In this document: piece by piece, positions 25,101 to 33,448 of the stretch | Position numbering within the stretch: position 1 is the first letter of the stretch | Layout of the letters: each line of letters starts with the position of its first letter | NCBI GenBank assembly: GCA_002269645.1 | Contig: NIVC01002393.1 | Coordinates: 62,001 to 126,000, forward strand | Direction of reading: 5' to 3' | From: Macrostomum lignano | Taxonomy: Eukaryota | DNA: 64,000 nt | Position numbers and translations under genes: made by a program | The notes under the pieces: model-generated | Told to the model about the DNA's origin: nothing | Seen by the model: only the letters and a program-made list of their open reading frames with translations | Database searches by the model: none

Positions 25101-26652
25101 CCATGCCTTAGCTTCAGCTTCTTCCTTAGGAAAGCCAAAAACAGTGCATTTTTTGCCACTTTTATAATTGCTTCTGCATCCTGGGATGCAGCATTCATTG
25201 GCATTTTGAACAAAAAAACGTGTGATAAGAATTTAGACAAAAAACAAAAATTGTTGCTTCACTTTGTTTAAACCTTGCACTGAGAGTATGAGAGTTTTTT
25301 AGTGAAAAGGCTTCATTGCCATAGACACAGCGGAGCAAGCGTCCTTTTCTAGAATTTCTACCATTCGCAAGTATAACGTCCTGAGTTGTTAAGTAGTCCT
25401 TGGGTCCAACCTGCTAGTCTTGGCAATCTCTATATGCCAAGCCCCAAGCTGTATACCAAGAAGGCACGCTAGGCCCCTTTGTATACTAAGTTGTATACCA
25501 ATGGTATAATCTAGGTCCCTCCTTCTGTACTTTGGCATATATATATATACCATCCAGAGTCTAGACTAATCAATAGTCAGGAAGGTGGCATAATGTGTGC
25601 TGGAATAAATTTTTTAGGATTATCTATACGCCGTCTATGCACCATTTGTGCGCTATCTATGCCCTTATTTTGTATTTTATAACAAATTTACAAAATTCAT
25701 GCAGACTCAATATGCTACGCCAGTTTTATGTTAATAAAGATTCTATTCTGATTCCTTATGCACCAAAGTTGTGTATAGCACTGCATATGTCAAGGACCTT
25801 GTGCGCCGCATGCACTAGGGACCTTAGTATGCGCCATAATTATGTGCCACATGCGCTAGGGACCTTAGTATACGCTATGATTGTATGCCAAGTGTGCCAA
25901 AGACCCCTTGTATGCGCCAGAATTTTCTATGGCAAAGGCCACTTTCCTGACTATGGGACTAACTAAGGCTTAATAATAATACATATTGATTATTGTCCTA
26001 GCAAATTTACTTTAACAAATTAATACAGCCATTTAGACTAGATTTAGACTAATAGATACAATTAAGGGTAAATTTAGAGTTTAGGAATTTAGGCTTGAAT
26101 ACAAGGGTGAAAAACAGCCTAAATAGGTTAGTTAAGATTAGGCCCTTAGACTTGGAGTTAGGTTTAATAATATAAAATGGTCTGTCAATTAATAAGCAAT
26201 CAATTTATTATAGATTATTTTAAATATATGTAGTATTCCATTTAAAATGAAACTCCTCTGAATATCCTTATATATCCATAGCTTTTTAGCTTAAGAACTT
26301 TTAACTCTATTTTATTATGCCTATGCCTAATAACAATAAATATCTAAATTAACCATAAAGGCACAATGTTACATTAAGTTAAACCATTTAAAAGCTATAG
26401 AAAATAACTTACACTTTCAATAAATTTAAGAAATGTGCACTTCAGTCCATATGACAAATTTGCTTTTACTGTTGGTAGCCAGAATACATCGACAGTGCAC
26501 TTTTCTTTGAAAGCACTGTCAATATCTAGCTCATACTGAGAGCTTCCAAAGGGAGAATCGGTGTCATCACTGGGTGAAATTTCTATTGTCTGTGGACAGA
26601 TCAACAAGCGGTTCTGCTTCGAAAAAATTAAAGCGGATGCGTAAGCTTCCAT
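4185..26652 (-). CDS. PPP-family (calcineurin-like metallophosphoesterase) Ser/Thr protein phosphatase with N-terminal EF-hands, 12 exons, ~986 aa
   Basis: Phase-consistent GT-AG exons (minus strand): 26413-26652 (tentative first), 22931-23050, 21642-21975, 20979-21105, 20016-20189, 19231-19314, 18496-18630, 17652-17725, 15558-15936, 6057-6576, 4903-5325, 4185-4535; total 2961 nt. Catalytic motifs GDIHG, GDYVDRG, RGNHE, HGG, RAHE and [11 protein letters not shown]-hand-like loops [15 protein letters not shown] and [15 protein letters not shown]. The two most 5' exons are less certain. Confidence 0.9.
4560..4885. repeat. 10/20-bp intronic minisatellite (ctgacccagtctgacctatc)n
   Basis: Tandem units fill the last phosphatase intron (4536-4902). 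Confidence 0.9.
5395..6000. repeat. ~600-bp homopurine (GA-rich) low-complexity tract, intronic
   Basis: Almost only G and A on the + strand, with gagagggaga(g) motifs. Confidence 0.9.
6690..7200. repeat. Degenerate 22-bp minisatellite (gtagtttagggtagattctgag)n containing TTAGGG
   Basis: Tandem periodicity next to exon 6057-6576. Confidence 0.85.
7720..8800. repeat. 28-bp AT-rich minisatellite (atatccgtttcattttatctttgtgatt)n with a 214-bp higher-order duplication
   Basis: tacgcacatttcgttttatc recurs at 7737 and 7951; ORF pairs are offset by 214. Confidence 0.9.
9470..10090. repeat. Degenerate CT-rich repeat (tctctaatctctctctga)n
   Basis: Recurrent tctctaatctctc motif with ~120-bp blocks repeated. 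Confidence 0.85.
10391..13223 (+). CDS. Class A (rhodopsin-like) GPCR, FMRFamide/peptide-receptor-like, 2 exons, ~481 aa, nested in the phosphatase intron
   Basis: Exon 1 10391-10872 (donor atcag|gtggg, phase 2) and exon 2 12260-13223 (acceptor accag|g, phase 2) join as YAPIR-SRALQ. Motifs: TM1 GVVLN, TM2 LAVSD, TM3 AASRV, TM4 [12 protein letters not shown]5 [12 protein letters not shown]6 CQLP, TM7 NFFVY. Confidence 0.9.
10885..11065. repeat. 21-bp intronic minisatellite (gatctgtctattgtgatctgc)n
   Basis: Starts ~12 nt after the GPCR donor site; the ORF repeats IVICDLS. Confidence 0.9.
13295..13555. repeat. ~12/24-bp degenerate repeat (tatgtactttgtccatgcactttg)n
   Basis: Tandem motif; interrupted by the SINE and briefly resumes near 13866. 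Confidence 0.8.
13557..13865 (+). mobile_element. tRNA-derived SINE with CORE-like central domain (copy 1)
   Basis: A-box-like TAGTCGAGTGG and B-box GGAGTTCGATTC, then ttgagcaagaagacattcaactc...ttcagtccaccc (CORE-like). Clearly homologous to the copy at ~51023. Confidence 0.8.
14400..15520. repeat. 27-bp minisatellite (ccccactctgcctgataaaaacaccca)n
   Basis: Units 27 nt apart (14521, 14548); abuts the donor at 15557. Confidence 0.95.
16030..17000. repeat. 21-bp minisatellite (gaaaagataaatctccctgta)n grading into (gatgggataattctccctata)n
   Basis: 7-aa repeat ORFs in several frames. Confidence 0.95.
17775..18485. repeat. ~28-bp minisatellite (ggaggctggcccagcaactgaggatctg)n, array A
   Basis: Fills intron 17726-18495. 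Confidence 0.95.
19080..19200. repeat. (GACA/GATA)n microsatellite
   Basis: gacagacagatagacag runs. Confidence 0.85.
19360..19885. repeat. 23-bp minisatellite (ttgattctcaaggggtctcaggg)n
   Basis: Units at 19681 and 19704; fills intron 19315-20015. Confidence 0.95.
20265..20665. repeat. ~28-bp minisatellite, array B (same family as 17775-18485)
   Basis: Shares the ggaggctggcccagcaactgaggatctg unit in the same orientation. Confidence 0.9.
22060..22795. repeat. 16-bp minisatellite (agattcttaaagggtg)n
   Basis: Units at 22201, 22217 and 22233. Confidence 0.95.
23881..24178. mobile_element. 298-bp MITE with 18-bp TIRs and 8-bp TSD, carrying a 28S rRNA-derived segment
   Basis: TIRs cctgattgcagcgcatgg and (reverse complement) ccctattgcagcgcatgg match 16/18. 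TGTACATG direct repeat at 23873-23880 and 24179-24186. Confidence 0.65.
24006..24069 (-). pseudogene. Degenerate 28S rRNA fragment (helix 69 to H70/71 region, R2/I-PpoI target site)
   Basis: Minus strand GGGTAAACGGCAGGAGTAACTATGACTGTCTTATTAAGCCTAAATGCCTCGGCATCTAATTAGT versus the conserved 28S GGGTAAACGGCGGGAGTAACTATGACTCTCTTAAGGTAGCCAAATGCCTCGTCATCTAATTAGT (recalled): 54/64 ungapped. Not a functional rRNA gene. Confidence 0.85.
24271..25402 (-). mobile_element. Non-autonomous P-element-like DNA transposon (1132 bp) with THAP-domain remnant
   Basis: ~85-bp TIRs starting CAAGGACTACTTAACAACTCAGGAC; 8-bp TSD GGTCCAAC (24263-24270 and 25403-25410). Minus-strand exon 25074-25204 encodes [36 protein letters not shown] (THAP), frameshifted just after its ATG. 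Confidence 0.85.
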
Positions 26653-26883
26653 ATCATAAGTTTTTCTAAACAAGCAATTGAATATATTGAAGCAAACTCG
26701 ATGGAATTTTTTTAAATCTTTAGGAACCGCCGAAATGATAAAAATTATCTTGCCGAAAGCTTGACTATAGTAAAAAATAGCAAAATGTGCTGTTTAGATC
26801 ATAAAAACTATATTGGCAAGTGGGAACTGAATTTGTGCATATTTTAAATCACCGATGCTTGATACTACCTACTGCTGTCTTAA

Positions 26884-27198
26884 TGTAGTACACCTTAATT
26901 TCGTAATTTAAATTGGTGCCAACTCGAGGCGTGTGTTAAGTAAAGCAAAGTAATCGCATAGCAATGTAATAATACACGTATATTTTCGTTTCGTTCAATA
27001 CTTTATATTCGTAACTTTATATCAGCTGAATTTCATCGCCTTAGCTCGATGGTGAGTCCAATAAATGCTGAATCATAGCTCGAACTGTTACTGGCCATGC
27101 TTTAGAGTGTGCCTAGTAAGCAGGCAGCTGTGCAAGCTGGTGATTGGGTGGTCAAGGCTCAAAGTCAAATTTAGTGTCCTGCCTCCGTTCCTGTTACA
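26884..27198 (+). repeat. 5' LTR
   Basis: TG...CA termini; AATAAA at 27060-27065; ATG|GTGAGT at 27049-27057; identical to 33134-33448. Confidence 0.97.
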
Positions 27199-27200
27199 TT

Positions 27201-27218
27201 TGGCGACCACGCCAGGAC
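27201..27218 (+). promoter_or_regulatory. Primer binding site, probably tRNA-Arg
   Basis: TGGCGACCACGCCAGGAC lies 2 nt after the LTR. Its complement GTCCTGGCGTGGTCG-CCA resembles metazoan tRNA-Arg 3' ends. Confidence 0.8.
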
Positions 27219-27269
27219 GAATTTCTTCATAGCATAAAAGACCGAAGGTTGCACCTGTCATCGATCATC

Positions 27270-28583
27270 ATGTGGTCAGAACGTGAGGCAGAAGAGCCTC
27301 AACGGCTAAGACTGAGAAATCGCGATATTTTACGTCCGACCGCTGCGGCTACGGCTTACACCTCTTCGTCAACCAGTGAGCCTGAATCCGAACGGGAGGC
27401 GAACTGGCGGCGCTATCAAGAGCTTCGTGACCTCGATCCTGTGCAAATCTCTGTCGATGAAGCACGCTGCTGTCAGTCTCAAGTGCCAGTGCCCCCCGGG
27501 CCCGGCCAACCGTCAACGAACTACATGGCGACGGGAGACTCATTCCTGCTGGACACCAGGCCTTCCGCGGCAGCTGCGGCAGCTGCAGTGACACATCCAC
27601 CAAGACCCTCTGTGCACCGTATGGCCGAACCATGGGCTCCGTTGCTCCAAGGCGGATCTCACCCTGGCGCTGGCGACCGCAACCTGTGCGCACCGGTATA
27701 TCAACAAGCAATCCAGCTTCCGTCGGTGCCGAAGCCGGCGCCCTTCAACGGATCCGAACCGTTCGATGACTTTCTGGGTCGAGTGTCTTCGTATTTAAGC
27801 CGGCACCAAGGACTGAGTGACTACAGCAAGATCAACACGCTCAGCAGTTACCTGGGACCAGCATTCGCTACCTACGAGGTCTGGCTCTACCAACTGTGCG
27901 CGCAGCATGGACAGCCCGTTGGGACTTCACTGCAGTTCCTGCCAGGTGCCCGCTATGAAGATCTCCTGCAGCACCTTCGCGCTCGTCATGGCGGTGCCAC
28001 CAGCACTGCGCTACTTCGGCGCGAGCTTCACAGTCGGTGCCGGGGCAGGGACGAGAGGTTCGAGGATTTTCTGACTGCCCTCCAGCGACTCGCGTTCAAG
28101 GCCTACCCAGAGCTCGGTGCTCAAGACTGTCGCCAGCAGACTGTGCTTGAGCGGTTCATTCAAGGGCTGAACGACAACTACGTGACGGAGCGGCTGCTTA
28201 ATATGCAGCTGCCTCTTACTACACCGGATCAGGCCCTGCATTATGCCCAGCAAGTGCGCGAGACCCGGCAGATAATGAATTCCCAGTCGCAGCACCACAG
28301 CGCCGAGGCGTCAGCTCCAGCGGCACCGGTTCAGTCAACACCGACAGGAACCCGACCGCAGCATGGGCCACAGACGACACAACATCACCAGCCAGCGGCT
28401 CATCGAGCGCAGACAGCCCCAGCGCCACCATGGAGATCAGCTGACGCCGCTGCACATCAACAGCAGCAGCCTAGGGCGGTGCCCATCTGCTACGGCTGCC
28501 ATCAGCCTGGCCACATCCGCCGGAGGTGCCCAAACGCTGGGGGGGCTGGTCCAATGGGCCAGCACCGGCCCTCTCAGCACTAA
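27270..28583 (+). CDS. gag: Gag polyprotein (437 aa) with retrotransposon capsid region and CCHC zinc knuckle
   Basis: First ATG in ORF 27144..28583; PAPFNGSEPFDDFL, GRDERFEDFLTALQRLAFKAYP and CYGCHQPGHIRRRC. Confidence 0.92.
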   Translation: MWSEREAEEPQRLRLRNRDILRPTAAATAYTSSSTSEPESEREANWRRYQELRDLDPVQISVDEARCCQSQVPVPPGPGQPSTNYMATGDSFLLDTRPSAAAAAAAVTHPPRPSVHRMAEPWAPLLQGGSHPGAGDRNLCAPVYQQAIQLPSVPKPAPFNGSEPFDDFLGRVSSYLSRHQGLSDYSKINTLSSYLGPAFATYEVWLYQLCAQHGQPVGTSLQFLPGARYEDLLQHLRARHGGATSTALLRRELHSRCRGRDERFEDFLTALQRLAFKAYPELGAQDCRQQTVLERFIQGLNDNYVTERLLNMQLPLTTPDQALHYAQQVRETRQIMNSQSQHHSAEASAPAAPVQSTPTGTRPQHGPQTTQHHQPAAHRAQTAPAPPWRSADAAAHQQQQPRAVPICYGCHQPGHIRRRCPNAGGAGPMGQHRPSQH

Positions 28584-31500
28584 ACAGTTCGGCCCAGCCC
28601 CACGCCCCAGCTGCCAGCCCGACCAAGTGCGCTTCATCACCTCGCGCATGCTCAGAAAACGCCGGCCGTGCATGATCGACACCGGTGCCGAGATCTCCTG
28701 CATCAACGGCGACATCGTGCACTCGGCCAGGCTCAGACGGCAGCTGAGACCCAGCTCAACAACCATCTATGGCGTGGGCGGCAATCAAGCAACAGTGCTG
28801 GGCGAAATTGAGATAAGTTTTTTTCTTGGTCCGCTTCATTTTCGACACAGATTCCTGGCAGTGACCTGCCTCAGCGCACCGGTAATTCTGGGCTGCGACT
28901 TCCTAAACAAATTTGACATTTCGATTCACCTGAGATCAGGCATTCTCGAGTTCAACGGCCTCGGCGTCACCTTGCCAATGCGGACATCCAGGCAGGCGGC
29001 CCAGACTTGCAAGCTGGCAGCGGCAGCCACGGTTCGACTGCAGCCAGGCGATGGCTGGATCATTCCGGTGCGGCCAGCGAGCGCGGCAGCGTGGACGAAC
29101 TCGGAGGCACCAGGCGTTGTCTGCGGCAGCAAGGCGGCCAAAGTGATGATCGGCCGCAGCGTGTCCAAGCTGGTTGACCACGGAATGGGGGTTGCTGTCA
29201 TCAACACCAGAGATGAGACAGTCGAGATCAAGGAGGGCGACATCGTCGGCAACTTCAACCCGCTGTCTGGCCGAGCCCTGGCGCACCTGCAAGCCGGAGG
29301 ATCTGGTGATGCCAGCGAGGCAGATCCGACTACTGCAACGACCTGGCAGGACGAGGTGCAAATCGCCGATGACATCCCAACCGAGGAGCGGCAGCAAGTC
29401 GAACGCCTTCTGCTGGAGTTCAGTGACGTATTCGCGAGCCCCAGCAACCCAGGCCGCACCCAATTGTTAAAGCACGAGATCGACACAGGCAACGCCAGGC
29501 CAATTCGCCAAGGACTGCGGCGCCTGGCTCCCACAGCGATCGCACAGCAGAAGGAGCTGGTCAACGAGATGCTGGCAAAGGGAGTCGTCCGACCATCGTC
29601 ATCACCTTGGGCATCTCCGATAGTTCTGGTTCGCAAGAAGGACGGGTCGGCCAGATTTTGCTTGGACTACCGCCTGCTGAACGCGGTGACCAAGCCCGAT
29701 GCCTTCCCGATGCCCCGCATCGATGACACTCTGGATGCCCTCGAAGGAAACAGCTACTTCTCAGCGCTGGATCTCGAAAGTGGCTACTGGCAAGTCGAGA
29801 TGAATGACCGAGACAAGGAGAAGACGGCATTTGTGTGCCATGAAGGCCTGTTTGAATTCAACGTGATGCCGTTCGGACTCCGGAATGCACCAGCCACCTT
29901 TCAGCGGCTCATGCAGCTGGTGCTCCGGGGGCTGACGTGGCAGGCCTGTCTGGTGTTCATTGACGACGTCATCGTGATGGGCCAGACCATCGGCCAGCAC
30001 AACGATCGGCTGCGTTCAGTTCTGGAGCGACTGCGCGAGTTTAACCTGCGCCTCAAGCCGTCAAAGTGCCGATTTGCAAATACCAGCATGTTAGTCCTGG
30101 GCCACCGCGTCAGCAAGACCGGCATCACCGTCGATGAGGGCAAAACCGCGGCTGTGCGAGACTGGCCGGTGCCCCGGAGCTCGAAGGACGTCAAGAGCTT
30201 CCTCGGCATGACCTCCTACTACCGAAGATTTGTGCGCGAATACGCCAATATCGCCGAGCCTCTGCGCCGCCTTACACTGCCTACGCCCTTCGAGTGGACG
30301 CCAGAAGCCGAGGCGGCCTTCAACCAGCTGAAGCAAGCGCTGCTGTCAGCTCCGATCCTGGCGTTCCCGGACATGAGCGAGTCGGGCTCCGAATTCATCC
30401 TCGACACCGACGCAAGTGACTGCGCAATCGGCGCGGTGCTGTCGCAAGTGCAGGCGAGCGAAGAGCGGGTTATCGCCTACGCCAGCCGCGCCCTGTCAAG
30501 AGCTGAGCGCAACTACTGCGTGACGCGGCGCGAGCTCCTGGCTGTTGTCGAGTTTGTTAAGAAGTTCCGGAGCTACCTGCTGCCGCGCGCCTTCACCGTT
30601 CGAGTGGATCACCAGGCGCTCACCTATCTGCTGGCATTCAAAGAGCCCGAAGGCCAGCTGGCCAGATGGCTGCAGCTGCTCGATGAGTTCAACTTCAAGG
30701 TCGTCTTTCGCCGAGGCCGCCAACACGGCAACGCAGACGCCCTCTCTCGGCGAGAGCAAAAGTGCACCAGCCAGTGTCGAGTCTGTCGGCCAGGGACGAC
30801 AGCGGTGGCGCCAGCCGAGACTTCAACAGCCGCCTGCCAGACGGAGCCGACGGTCGAGGCGCCAGTGCCAATCGCGGAGCCTGCTGGCCGGGTCGACACA
30901 GTCAGAGTCAACTCCGTGCAAACCAACGCAGCGACATCAGCGCCGGCTACCTCTGCGGCTGCCCAGACCAACGCCGAGCCGGAACGTCAGGGCACCTCAA
31001 GGCGGAAGCAGCAGCTTCAACCGCGGCCAAGCGAGAGCGAGGACTCCAGCGAAGACGAAATCAGCGACGAGGCCATTCAGGAAGGCGAGGCGCTGTCAGA
31101 TGCGTCTCAGTCACTGCGTGAACTGCAGCTCCGTGATCCAGACATCGGCCCGGTGTTTCGCCTGCTGTCCAACGGCAAGACAAGGTTCAGCGCCAGCAGA
31201 CGTGACCGACTGTCGCCTGAGAGCCTAATTCTGGCACAGAAGATCGGCGACCTGTGTTTCGTCGACGGCGCCCTGAACAAGCTGGTGAAGTCCAAGCCTG
31301 TGCCTGTGATTCCGCGCTGCAGACAGGAGGAGTTCATCGAGGAGGTCCATGAGCTTGGGCATCTGGGCGAGGACAAGACCTTGGCAGCCCTCAAGCAGCG
31401 TTGCTACTGGCCGAAAATGGCGGAGAGCGTTCGCCTAGCGGTCAGGTCCTGCCAAGTGTGCCAGCGCGCTAAGACACCGAGTCAGCGCCGAGCTCCACTG

Positions 31501-32463
31501 CAGACTATGGCCAGTGGATTTCCTATGCAGCGCGTGGGCATCGACGTGGTCAAAGTTGGACTGTCACGGCGGGGAAACGATCGGCTGCTCACCATTGTCG
31601 ACTACTTCACCAAGTGGGTCGAGCTGGTGCCACTCCCCGACGAGAAAGCGGCCACCATCGCCAAGGCACTGTTCGACAACTGGGTGACGCGTTTCGGAGC
31701 CCCGCACATTCTGCACTCCGACCGTGGCAAGGCCGTGGACGGAAAGGTCATCAGGAGCCTGTGCCGGCTGCTGGAGATTCAGAAGACGCGGACATCCGGC
31801 TACCATCCGCAGTGCGACGGCCTAGTAGAAAGGTTCCACCGCACTCTGCACCAGATGCTCCGCTGCCACCTGCAGTCAGTTCAGCCGGAGGACTGGGAAG
31901 AAGTGCTGCCGCATTGTCTCCTGGCCTACCGCAGCAGCGTCAATGCTACAACCGGGTTTACTCCTCACTGCCTGCTGACTGGCCGGGAAATGACGCTTCC
32001 AGTTGACGTCGTCTACCGGCCACCGGAGCCGCCAATGACAGTCGGCCAGTTCGCCGCCAACAACCGCGACCAGCTGCTTCGCGCCTACGACTCCGTGCGG
32101 CGATCGATGGCGACGGCACAACGACGCCAGCGGCGGTACTACGACCGGAAGGCCAAGCGGTGCAGATTCCGGGTCGGCGACCTCGTATGGGTTTTCGTTC
32201 CGCCGTCGGCGCTTTCAAGGACGACTGGACTGGCTCCGAAACACCAGGCGCCCTGGACCGGCCCGTTCCGGGTGCTGCAGCGAACGTCGCCGGTGAACTA
32301 CCTGGTTCGTCCTATCGATTACAAGGACGGCGACACCGGTCGGGTGGTCCACGCAAACAAGCTGAAACGTGCGCACCAGCCCCGCGCTCCCGACCCGGCG
32401 CGGAGTGAGGCGACCAGCGACTGCAGCAGCGAAGTTCTTGACGATGGCTGGGTCCTAGTGTGA
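28363..32463 (+). CDS. pol: Pol polyprotein: aspartic protease, reverse transcriptase, RNase H, integrase
   Basis: IDTGA (PR); LDYRLLN, LDLESGYWQ, MPFGL and VFIDD (RT); DTDAS...ELLAV...DALSRR (RH); HHCC, D-D35-E and GPF (IN). The ORF is +1 relative to gag, and its true start or junction is unresolved. Confidence 0.97.
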   Translation: MGHRRHNITSQRLIERRQPQRHHGDQLTPLHINSSSLGRCPSATAAISLATSAGGAQTLGGLVQWASTGPLSTKQFGPAPRPSCQPDQVRFITSRMLRKRRPCMIDTGAEISCINGDIVHSARLRRQLRPSSTTIYGVGGNQATVLGEIEISFFLGPLHFRHRFLAVTCLSAPVILGCDFLNKFDISIHLRSGILEFNGLGVTLPMRTSRQAAQTCKLAAAATVRLQPGDGWIIPVRPASAAAWTNSEAPGVVCGSKAAKVMIGRSVSKLVDHGMGVAVINTRDETVEIKEGDIVGNFNPLSGRALAHLQAGGSGDASEADPTTATTWQDEVQIADDIPTEERQQVERLLLEFSDVFASPSNPGRTQLLKHEIDTGNARPIRQGLRRLAPTAIAQQKELVNEMLAKGVVRPSSSPWASPIVLVRKKDGSARFCLDYRLLNAVTKPDAFPMPRIDDTLDALEGNSYFSALDLESGYWQVEMNDRDKEKTAFVCHEGLFEFNVMPFGLRNAPATFQRLMQLVLRGLTWQACLVFIDDVIVMGQTIGQHNDRLRSVLERLREFNLRLKPSKCRFANTSMLVLGHRVSKTGITVDEGKTAAVRDWPVPRSSKDVKSFLGMTSYYRRFVREYANIAEPLRRLTLPTPFEWTPEAEAAFNQLKQALLSAPILAFPDMSESGSEFILDTDASDCAIGAVLSQVQASEERVIAYASRALSRAERNYCVTRRELLAVVEFVKKFRSYLLPRAFTVRVDHQALTYLLAFKEPEGQLARWLQLLDEFNFKVVFRRGRQHGNADALSRREQKCTSQCRVCRPGTTAVAPAETSTAACQTEPTVEAPVPIAEPAGRVDTVRVNSVQTNAATSAPATSAAAQTNAEPERQGTSRRKQQLQPRPSESEDSSEDEISDEAIQEGEALSDASQSLRELQLRDPDIGPVFRLLSNGKTRFSASRRDRLSPESLILAQKIGDLCFVDGALNKLVKSKPVPVIPRCRQEEFIEEVHELGHLGEDKTLAALKQRCYWPKMAESVRLAVRSCQVCQRAKTPSQRRAPLQTMASGFPMQRVGIDVVKVGLSRRGNDRLLTIVDYFTKWVELVPLPDEKAATIAKALFDNWVTRFGAPHILHSDRGKAVDGKVIRSLCRLLEIQKTRTSGYHPQCDGLVERFHRTLHQMLRCHLQSVQPEDWEEVLPHCLLAYRSSVNATTGFTPHCLLTGREMTLPVDVVYRPPEPPMTVGQFAANNRDQLLRAYDSVRRSMATAQRRQRRYYDRKAKRCRFRVGDLVWVFVPPSALSRTTGLAPKHQAPWTGPFRVLQRTSPVNYLVRPIDYKDGDTGRVVHANKLKRAHQPRAPDPARSEATSDCSSEVLDDGWVLV

Positions 32464-33120
32464 GTCTGACAATCTTTTTTGCCGATTTCTGCGACCTGCG
32501 CAGTTTGTGCTTGAGTTGTGCATTTGTGCGCTGTTCCAGCAGAGCTGCCTTTGCGTGTCACTTGGCTGAGTATTTTTTGCGTTTAATTCGTTTTTAAGAT
32601 TCAAATCCGCTGTCTTTTCGAGTTTTAATCAGTTGTGGTTTCCGAGTTCCAGGCCGGTGCTTTATATATTCCCTTATATATTAAATCGCATTTTGCTATC
32701 AAAATATTTATTTTCGATTTCAACAATATTTTCTAAATTCAAAAAAATTGGTAAATTTTCGCGTTGAAGTGAATATTGCATTTTTATTCCGCATTGACAT
32801 AATTGTTCGATTTTTAGCATCCGTTAGGGTATGTGCGTTGATCATCATCCGATATTCTATTGAATTAGACTCGAGCATTTTCGTTCCGCGTTAGGTTCAA
32901 ACTGCATTGGTGAAGTTCTAAATTGCTGTGGTTGAAGAATTTTGCCGCTATTTTTGAAGTTGGCTTTTAACTTTTGCTCATACGCGATTCGATCCTTTAG
33001 TGTCCGTCTTGTGAGCGTGCATTGAACGCAACTTGTATTGTGTCAAAGAAATATTTTCATAAAGTAGATTTTGTTCGAACTGTCAATTTTCAGCGCAATG
33101 GGGACATTGTTTTTTTTTTC

Positions 33121-33133
33121 GCGAGGGGGGTAG
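33121..33133 (+). promoter_or_regulatory. Polypurine tract
   Basis: gcgaggggggtag immediately before the 3' LTR, preceded by a T-run. Confidence 0.8.
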
Positions 33134-33448
33134 TGTAGTACACCTTAATTTCGTAATTTAAATTGGTGCCAACTCGAGGCGTGTGTTAAGTAAAGCAAAG
33201 TAATCGCATAGCAATGTAATAATACACGTATATTTTCGTTTCGTTCAATACTTTATATTCGTAACTTTATATCAGCTGAATTTCATCGCCTTAGCTCGAT
33301 GGTGAGTCCAATAAATGCTGAATCATAGCTCGAACTGTTACTGGCCATGCTTTAGAGTGTGCCTAGTAAGCAGGCAGCTGTGCAAGCTGGTGATTGGGTG
33401 GTCAAGGCTCAAAGTCAAATTTAGTGTCCTGCCTCCGTTCCTGTTACA
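33134..33448 (+). repeat. 3' LTR
   Basis: Identical to the 5' LTR; followed by the TTAA TSD. Confidence 0.97.

Larger units (their letters stand above)
26884..33448 (+). mobile_element. Intact Ty3/gypsy (Metaviridae) LTR retrotransposon, 6565 bp
   Basis: Two 315-bp LTRs (TGTA...TACA) in which I found no differences; 4-bp TSD TTAA (26880-26883 and 33449-33452); PBS, PPT, and uninterrupted gag and pol (PR-RT-RH-IN order). Confidence 0.98.

Noticed and set aside
27349-32561. Many antisense and alternate-frame ORFs over gag/pol
   Set aside because: Shadow ORFs of GC-rich coding sequence; none has recognisable motifs.
32464-33120. env or third ORF in the retrotransposon
   Set aside because: AT-rich 3' region with no substantial ORF.
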